A stretch of 42,137 nt of DNA from Spirochaetaceae bacterium. GTDB lineage: Bacteria > Spirochaetota > Spirochaetia > UBA9216. The stretch spans positions 1-42,137 of the forward strand of contig JAQQAK010000197.1 in NCBI GenBank assembly GCA_028527945.1, in the 5' to 3' direction. How positions within the stretch are numbered: the first letter of the stretch is position 1; each line of letters opens with the position of its first letter. Below are positions 36,112-42,137 of this stretch, one piece after another. The notes under the pieces are model-generated. The model made no database searches and was not told the origin of the DNA. It worked only from the letters and a program-made list of their open reading frames with translations. A program made the translations under genes and the position numbers.

Positions 36112-36894
36112 TCAGTATGAATTGTATAAAATTGCGTTACGGTACTCAGATGGGCGCATACCGCAATGAAGTTTGAACTGTTTAATGAAATGACTTTGAT
36201 CTGTAAAACCACATTCAATTGCGATATCAGTAAGAGATTTTGATGTTCCAAGAAGTTCTATAGCTTTTTGTATTCTTTTATTAACAATATCTGCATGTGG
36301 AGTAAGGCCAAAGCTTTTATTATATTTACGTATAAAACTATATTTGCTCATCTCTGCAATATCTGCCAGAGCATCAATAGAAAGAGGTTTTTCTGGGTTT
36401 GCTTTTATCATATTTCCGGCTAAAGCTAATTTATCATCTTTTTTTGCTGTTGTTTTATTTAGCGTGTTTTGTGGAATGATGCTTTCAAAAAAACTGATTA
36501 CTTCTTTTTCTATTTCTAATTCAGAAGGTTCATCATTTATGATTGATTTCAGTATTCCTATCCATTCTTCCGGAGCTTGTAACATTTTTGAAGGTATTTT
36601 TTCAGCATCAACTTTCAGCTTTTTTTCCCACCATTCAGAATCAATATAAACTAATAAAAAATTAAAAATGTCTGGTTGTTCAGGCCTGCAAAGGTGGGCT
36701 GTCTGTGCCGGAATCAGTATAAAGTCTCCTGGCGATAGTTTGTAGGTTGAGTCCTTTACACTTACATTTGTCGAACCATTTAGAATAAGACCAGCTGAAA
36801 CTTCTTTGTGAGAATGTTTTCTGCTGGCATATTCCTTTTTTTGAGAGTTCCATTTTATTTTGAAAAATGAAGGTTCGTTTAATACTCGTATCAT
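36112..36894 (-). CDS. AraC-family transcriptional regulator with an N-terminal cupin-like sensor domain
   Basis: The C-terminal AraC HTH pair is ..IADIAEMSKYSFIRKYNKSFGLTPH.., ..LTDIAIECGFTDQSHFIKQFKLHCGMRPSEYR. Confidence 0.85.
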   Translation of the reverse strand: MIRVLNEPSFFKIKWNSQKKEYASRKHSHKEVSAGLILNGSTNVSVKDSTYKLSPGDFILIPAQTAHLCRPEQPDIFNFLLVYIDSEWWEKKLKVDAEKIPSKMLQAPEEWIGILKSIINDEPSELEIEKEVISFFESIIPQNTLNKTTAKKDDKLALAGNMIKANPEKPLSIDALADIAEMSKYSFIRKYNKSFGLTPHADIVNKRIQKAIELLGTSKSLTDIAIECGFTDQSHFIKQFKLHCGMRPSEYRNAILYNSY

Positions 36895-36905
36895 CAGAAA
36901 TAATA

Positions 36906-37649
36906 TTAATCAGTATTTATCAAACCTTCAAGAGCCATTCCCTGCTGTAATAATGCCATTGCCTCATCAAGTATTGCCGCAGTTGCTGTCGCTCCAATTC
37001 TGCTGACTCCAAGTGAACGTACAAGTAAAAGATCTTTCAGCGTTCTGATACCACCAGCAGCCTTAACTGAAATCGATTCATCTGTATGTTTTCTCATCAA
37101 CTTTAAGTGATGCTGAGTTGCTCCCTTGTATGAGTAATTTCCGTCTTGTTGTTTGACAAATCCATATCCGGTACTGGTTTTTACAAAACTGACTTTTATA
37201 TCGTTGCAAATTTTACATAATTTTATTATTTGCTCATCTTTAAGAAAATCATTTTCAAAAATAACTTTTAGTAAGGCTCCTCCTTCTGTTGCTGTTTTAT
37301 TTATAGTTGAGATTTCGTCCATAACATAATTCCATTCATGTCCTATTGCTTTACCAATGTTTATTACCATATCAATTTCTGAAGCGCCGTCACTACAAGC
37401 TTTCATGGTTTCTGCTATTTTTATTTCCATGCTACTGTTTCCATGTGGAAAGCCTATTACTGTGCCAGTTTTTACACCAGAGTCTTTTAATTCATTTACT
37501 GCAAGTTGAACTGCGTATGGCTTTATACAGACTGAAGCAACATCATATTTTCTTGCCAGCTTACAGCCTTCTTTTAGCATTTCATCTGTCATTGTAGGGT
37601 GAAGCAGTGAGTGATCGATCATCTTTGCAAGTTTGTTTACTGTTATCAT
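36906..37649 (-). CDS. deoC: Deoxyribose-phosphate aldolase
   Basis: It carries the motifs IDHSLLHP, CIKP, GFPHG and the Schiff-base Lys context FVKTSTG, plus VKAAGGIRT. I chose the ATG at 37649, preceded by AGGAG. The longer ORF-track start at 37844 overlaps the upstream gene and adds a non-homologous hydrophobic leader. Confidence 0.85.
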   Translation of the reverse strand: MITVNKLAKMIDHSLLHPTMTDEMLKEGCKLARKYDVASVCIKPYAVQLAVNELKDSGVKTGTVIGFPHGNSSMEIKIAETMKACSDGASEIDMVINIGKAIGHEWNYVMDEISTINKTATEGGALLKVIFENDFLKDEQIIKLCKICNDIKVSFVKTSTGYGFVKQQDGNYSYKGATQHHLKLMRKHTDESISVKAAGGIRTLKDLLLVRSLGVSRIGATATAAILDEAMALLQQGMALEGLINTD

Positions 37650-37809
37650 ATTGTCTCCTGTAATTGGTTTTTTACTAATAATTTCATAAATTATTGTCCA
37701 TAAATATTGGAAACAGAATGTTCTAAAAGGAAAAAGAGATATCAATTTAGGCAATAACACAAGTTTTAGAAAAAGAATAATTATAGAGCCTCTATTACTT
37801 ATGGGGGTG

Positions 37810-39294
37810 TTACTTTTGTACTCTGGAAAGAAAGTCAGAAACAAGAATCTTGTCCTGGCAGGGAACTTCTATAATTTTTGATTTACTCATGGTATGAAGC
37901 TTTCCCGTTTTTAAAGTTTTTTCCAAAAGATTATTGCATTTTTCTATGTCTGTATTGTTTTGGTTAAGATTTGGAATCTTTCCATTTATAGTTTTTATCA
38001 TATTTGACAGGCGAGATAGGCGAAACGCTGTAATAAGTTCGATTGTTGAAAGACTTCCTGTCCATGGGTAGGCCGAGCTGCCCGCGCAAAGTCTTGGTGG
38101 GTATTGTATCATTTTTTTACTGGAAAAGCCCGGAAGACCGGGAACAGGGTAAAACATCGAAATGCCTGTCAATGTTGGCAAATTATGAAGTCTTAATAAG
38201 TTATTTATTACTGTTTTTTTCGTGTCAGCTTCAAGTCCGCATATGAAATAAGTTGTTGAATGAATTCCTTTTTTCGATGCAATATTTAATATATCATCCA
38301 GCTTTGAAGGGCAAGCCTTACGGTTTTCTTTGCTTAGAATTGTGTCCTCAGAAGACGCCATTGATAAATTAAAACTTTTAAAACCAAGTGAAATCAATTT
38401 CTCGGTTGTTTCTTCATCCATCATTGTATAGTCAAGACCGTTTTCTGCAGAAAACTCAGCATCAGGAAAATATTTTTTTACTATATCAAGAACAGTAAAG
38501 AAGTATTCTTTATCAAATAGGAGATTATCATCTTCAAAGTTAAGATGAATATTCATGCTATGTGGAAAGTTTTTTATTCCTTGTTCAATTTCTGATATCT
38601 CAGCTTTTCTGAACTTTCGACCATGAACAAGATGGTTGGCACAGAATCGGCAGGCTTTTGGACAGCCTCTTGTAAGCATTGCGGAAAAATAACGTGTTTT
38701 TTTATTTTGAGAAATTCCTGTCATATTCCAGTAAAACCCTGGAACTTTTACAGGCTCGCCATCTTTTTTATTAATGCCATATTGTTTTATTAAAAAAGTT
38801 GAAATTGCTGTTTCAGCTTCTCCACTAATAACAAAGTCAATATAATTGAAATTTTCAAAGTATTCAGGAGCAACACTAACTCCCGCACCGCCTACGGCAA
38901 TGCTTACTGCTTTAGATTTATTTTTTATCGCCGCTGCCAGATTTACTGTTTCTTCTGCATAAGCCCAGGCAAAACAGGATATCAATACTAAATCGGGTTT
39001 ATTTTCAAGTATTATCTCAGCACATATTTTTGAGTCTGGGCCAAATCTATAATATTTTCTGAAAAACGATACAGCGCCTCTTTCTTCTGGAATAAGGTAT
39101 TCCTTCAGGTAATTAAGTTCTGGCGGTAATGAAAGGGGAGTTAGTTTTCTTTTCATCGTACTGAAATTTAATATAATTGTTTCAATATTGTGATTTTCAA
39201 GAACATGTTTGGCTGCTACAGAACCTAACCCTGCAGCTCTTGTTGGTGTAAAGTAGAAATCTTTTACAGAAGGAATAGCAATAACAGCCTTCAT
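37810..39294 (-). CDS. B12-binding-domain-containing radical SAM protein
   Basis: A Rossmann-like N-terminal domain is followed by the radical SAM motif CPKACRFC in the context LTRGCPKACRFCANH. Length is 494 aa. Confidence 0.7.
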   Translation of the reverse strand: MKAVIAIPSVKDFYFTPTRAAGLGSVAAKHVLENHNIETIILNFSTMKRKLTPLSLPPELNYLKEYLIPEERGAVSFFRKYYRFGPDSKICAEIILENKPDLVLISCFAWAYAEETVNLAAAIKNKSKAVSIAVGGAGVSVAPEYFENFNYIDFVISGEAETAISTFLIKQYGINKKDGEPVKVPGFYWNMTGISQNKKTRYFSAMLTRGCPKACRFCANHLVHGRKFRKAEISEIEQGIKNFPHSMNIHLNFEDDNLLFDKEYFFTVLDIVKKYFPDAEFSAENGLDYTMMDEETTEKLISLGFKSFNLSMASSEDTILSKENRKACPSKLDDILNIASKKGIHSTTYFICGLEADTKKTVINNLLRLHNLPTLTGISMFYPVPGLPGFSSKKMIQYPPRLCAGSSAYPWTGSLSTIELITAFRLSRLSNMIKTINGKIPNLNQNNTDIEKCNNLLEKTLKTGKLHTMSKSKIIEVPCQDKILVSDFLSRVQK

Positions 39295-39297
39295 ATT

Positions 39298-40542
39298 CTA
39301 TTTATTTTTTTTATGCTGTAGGATCCATGTTTCGACTGTTTCTGAGAGTTTTACAGTTTCTTGTTTTTGAGAAATCTGATCTTTAATCCATGGAATTATA
39401 GCTTCATCACAAATCTTGTCCCAATAAGGAGGCAGCTTTTTCGGAAAACTCAAGTATTGTTCCGGAGGAACATTTCCAATTAATCTTCGGTAATATGTTG
39501 GGAACACCAGTTTATTTACTTTTGGAATAGCAGAAAGACCTCCGCAAATTCCAAATCCATGCATTCTCTTAAAGTTTGCAGATTCCATCATTTCTTTTTG
39601 ACTATCACTGTCAAGAAACCATAATAGAAAAGCCTTTGCTGCCTTTTTCTTTTCAGATTTAGAAGGAATTCCTGTAAATACAATATTTCCTTTTACAGGA
39701 ATATTTGAAGAGTCCCCAAACCATTTTAGGATCAGCGTTGCTCTGTCATCAGAAGGAATGCTATAAAAGTCTTTTAGCGTGGTGTAATAGAATCCAATCC
39801 TGCCTGAATTTATAAGTTTATATCCGGGATCGTAGCAATAAGTGATTGTAAAATCATTCTCGGCTTCAAATCCTGAATTATCTTTTTCTGTTATTTCTTT
39901 ACAAAAATTTATAGATTCTGTTAATTTATCATTATTCCATGAAAGCCTTTCATCTTCATTTATAGTGAAATCAGCTCCATTAATATTAGCGCAATCAATT
40001 ATAAATTGAGGCTCCCATAATGGGGAAAATCCCATTGTCCTGAAATTACCTGAGTTCAAATTATTAAATGCTTCTTCTGCTTCTTTTAGCTGCTCAGGTG
40101 TTATTATATTGTTGTTTATACTTGTCCCAAGAGTTCCTTTATTGAATATAATTGCAGGAACGTTAAAAGATACCGGAAAAACATGAGGTTCTTCATCAAT
40201 ACAGCAAAGCTTAAAGAGTTCTTCATAAAATATGCCAGGATCAATTAAGTTCCTGTCAATTAGCCTTTTTTCAGAACTAAATGCTGTTATTATTGAAGGG
40301 GACGCAAGATTTTCTCCAATCACTATATCCGGAGCAGAATCTGAAGTAAGGTTTTGTAAATCTGAAGGATTTTCAGTATATACTAATTCTACTTTATAGG
40401 TTGTCTGAGACGCGTTAAAAAGTTCAACATAGGCGGCTACTTCCGGAATATTTGTTGAAAGAATTGCTGTCCTTTTGTCTACTGAAAAGCAGCTTGATAA
40501 TAATGGTAAAATAAAAAGAATAAGCAGGTATTTCTTCTTCAT
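39298..40542 (-). CDS. Putative lipoprotein, solute-binding-protein-like
   Basis: It has a signal peptide plus lipobox (LLSSC-FS). The 414-aa protein has an alpha/beta composition reminiscent of family-1 solute-binding proteins. It ends 3 nt before the radical SAM gene starts. Confidence 0.4.
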   Translation of the reverse strand: MKKKYLLILFILPLLSSCFSVDKRTAILSTNIPEVAAYVELFNASQTTYKVELVYTENPSDLQNLTSDSAPDIVIGENLASPSIITAFSSEKRLIDRNLIDPGIFYEELFKLCCIDEEPHVFPVSFNVPAIIFNKGTLGTSINNNIITPEQLKEAEEAFNNLNSGNFRTMGFSPLWEPQFIIDCANINGADFTINEDERLSWNNDKLTESINFCKEITEKDNSGFEAENDFTITYCYDPGYKLINSGRIGFYYTTLKDFYSIPSDDRATLILKWFGDSSNIPVKGNIVFTGIPSKSEKKKAAKAFLLWFLDSDSQKEMMESANFKRMHGFGICGGLSAIPKVNKLVFPTYYRRLIGNVPPEQYLSFPKKLPPYWDKICDEAIIPWIKDQISQKQETVKLSETVETWILQHKKNK

Positions 40543-40600
40543 ATGAAAAAGACTTTAAGGTTATAAATGATGGTTGTCAATCCCGTCCGTAAAAGTGATA

Positions 40601-41563
40601 ATGCATAACGTGGAAGATGAACTATTTACAAGTTATGGAACTTACTTAAAACAAAAATATGGCGCCCCGGCTTTCAGGGTCGGGCTTGATGCTGGCTTCT
40701 CATGTCCAAACAGGCTTTCTGGCAGAAACTCACCAGGATGTTGTTATTGTGATGCTTTTGGCGCAAGGGCTATGTATCAGCGGACAAAAGGCGCTGATTC
40801 TGATCAGGTAGATGAAGATTTAAAAGCTGATATTCAGGAACAGACAGATAAGGCTGTCCGCTTTCTTAAAAAACGTTATGGGGCGGAATACTTTCTATTA
40901 TACTTTCAGGCTTTTTCAAGTACTTATGGAACACTACAGCATTTGCGTAATGTTTATGACTACGCGTTAAGTTTGCAGAATTATCGTGAGTTGATTATTT
41001 CTACAAGGCCCGACTGTATTGATGAACAAAAGGCCGATCTGCTTTTGGAGTATAAAGAAAGAGGTTATGACGTCTGGGTAGAGCTTGGACTGCAGTCAGC
41101 TCATGATAAAACTCTCGAAAGAATAAACCGTGGGCATTCTGTAAGCGATTTTGAAGATGCATATAATCTCCTTCGTAAACGCGGTATTAAAATTGCCGTC
41201 CATCTGATATTTGGATTACCGGGAGAAGGTTCTTCTGAAATTGTTGAAACGTGTAAGTATGTTGCAAAATTAAAGCCTGAAGGTCTTAAGATTCACAATC
41301 TTCATATTCCATACAATTCTCCTTTGTATAAAGATTTTTCAGCTGGTAAGGTTTCTGTTCCTACTGTGGAAGAACATCTCGATTATGTAATAACCGCGAT
41401 AGAGCATATGCCTGAATCAACGATTATTATGAGGCTCACTTGTGATAGTCAAGAAGATGAGAGGGCTGCACCAAAGAACTTTTTAAAAAAAACTGAGTTT
41501 TATAATTTAGTTCGGAACGAAATGAAAAAACGTAACTCGTTTCAGGGGCGATTATTTTTATAA
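40601..41563 (+). CDS. TIGR01212-family radical SAM protein (YhcC-like)
   Basis: It has the characteristic N-terminus FRVGLDAGFSCPNR...GCCYCD and a TIM-barrel radical SAM core. I prefer the ATG at 40601 over the TTG at 40574. Confidence 0.8.
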   Translation: MHNVEDELFTSYGTYLKQKYGAPAFRVGLDAGFSCPNRLSGRNSPGCCYCDAFGARAMYQRTKGADSDQVDEDLKADIQEQTDKAVRFLKKRYGAEYFLLYFQAFSSTYGTLQHLRNVYDYALSLQNYRELIISTRPDCIDEQKADLLLEYKERGYDVWVELGLQSAHDKTLERINRGHSVSDFEDAYNLLRKRGIKIAVHLIFGLPGEGSSEIVETCKYVAKLKPEGLKIHNLHIPYNSPLYKDFSAGKVSVPTVEEHLDYVITAIEHMPESTIIMRLTCDSQEDERAAPKNFLKKTEFYNLVRNEMKKRNSFQGRLFL

Positions 41564-41626
41564 AAATATTTATATTTTTTTGATTATGGGTTTTGTGTTC
41601 TCTATACTTTTAAGTATGGAGCGCAT

Positions 41627-42109
41627 ATGTCAGTAACTAACACACAAATTTGTAATATTATAGACAGAATAAGTGAGCATTATCAGAAAAATATCGCTAA
41701 TCGTTATATAAGAATGTCTTTTTCTGAATTATCTGTTGAGCAAAGAACTCTTGATAAAATAGAAAATTTTACTAAAACTGCTGACTATGCACAGATGCAG
41801 GGCTACGGTTTTGATGAGATTTATGACAGTATTTATGCTTTTGCTATACTTATAAAAAAGCTTAGACATGAAGTAGCTCCTAATCTTCGTCTTATGTATA
41901 ACCGCTATAAACCTATAGGAATGGAAAAGATTATGATGGATATGACCATAGCAAATTTTCAGGATAATCTTTCTCTTCTCGCGGATATGATAAATGAACT
42001 TTATATGAGAACTATCGAACTTGATAAGCTTGAGGCAAGAAAAGTTCCTCCAATATATTCCAGAATGCCAAAGTTAAAAGAAGTTGGTAAAATGCTTGTT
42101 AATGAATAA
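41627..42109 (+). CDS. Hypothetical protein
   Basis: It is a clean 160-aa ORF, predicted helical and cytoplasmic. I recognise no family. Confidence 0.4.
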   Translation: MSVTNTQICNIIDRISEHYQKNIANRYIRMSFSELSVEQRTLDKIENFTKTADYAQMQGYGFDEIYDSIYAFAILIKKLRHEVAPNLRLMYNRYKPIGMEKIMMDMTIANFQDNLSLLADMINELYMRTIELDKLEARKVPPIYSRMPKLKEVGKMLVNE

Positions 42110-42137
42110 GTTTATTCGCCGGGAAGGTTTAATACCC

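Noticed and set aside
37650-37844. A long N-terminal extension of deoC (ORF-track start at 37844)
   Set aside because: The extension overlaps the 3' end of the radical SAM gene and encodes a hydrophobic non-DeoC leader. The internal ATG at 37649 has an AGGAG SD and matches the usual DeoC N-terminus.
1-42137. CRISPR arrays, tRNA/rRNA genes, IS elements, integrases and prophage genes
   Set aside because: I saw no regularly spaced repeats and no transposase- or integrase-like ORFs in the six-frame track. No long terminal inverted repeats were noticed. tRNA-sized structured regions cannot be fully excluded by eye, but all intergenic regions are short and AT-rich.

Overview
This is a 42.1-kb window from a low-GC (about 40% by eye) anaerobic bacterium. 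It encodes many lipoproteins, Hyd and Hyp maturases and anaerobic cobamide nucleotide-loop genes. The taxon cannot be assigned from sequence alone; the content would fit Spirochaetota or Firmicutes. No similarity search was run, so every call rests on ORF structure, start/stop geometry, Shine-Dalgarno (SD) sites and motifs I recognise.

Layout:
(i) 1-7004, + strand: a truncated amidohydrolase, a five-gene Opp/Dpp/Nik-family ABC importer and a cytidylate-kinase-like protein.
(ii) 7133-22156, - strand: the stand-out region. It is a single tightly overlapped run of about 15 kb ordered TM1266-like regulator, hydF, aspartase-like lyase, hydE, then two divergent nitrogenase-like cassettes (NifH-like, NifD-like, NifK-like, twice), then hypF-hypC-hypD-hypE. 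No hydrogenase or nitrogenase structural gene, hydG, hypA/B or nifB is present in the window. I regard this as a candidate undescribed metallocofactor or reductase system.
(iii) 22180-26977: an accessory patch. It holds a decayed MerR/GyrI-like regulator, a GyrI-like protein, a small lipoprotein, an AraC regulator divergent from an orphan FecB/BtuF-type binding protein, and a gene remnant.
(iv) 27037-31932, - strand: cobT-cobC-cobS-cobU-cobD-cbiB.
(v) 32187-42109: a Cys-rich small-domain protein, TetR plus an aldo/keto reductase-ferredoxin fusion, a secreted hypothetical, a DMT transporter, AraC, deoC, a B12-binding radical SAM protein, a lipoprotein, a TIGR01212 radical SAM protein and a hypothetical.

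I recognised no rRNA, tRNA, CRISPR array, transposase or integrase.
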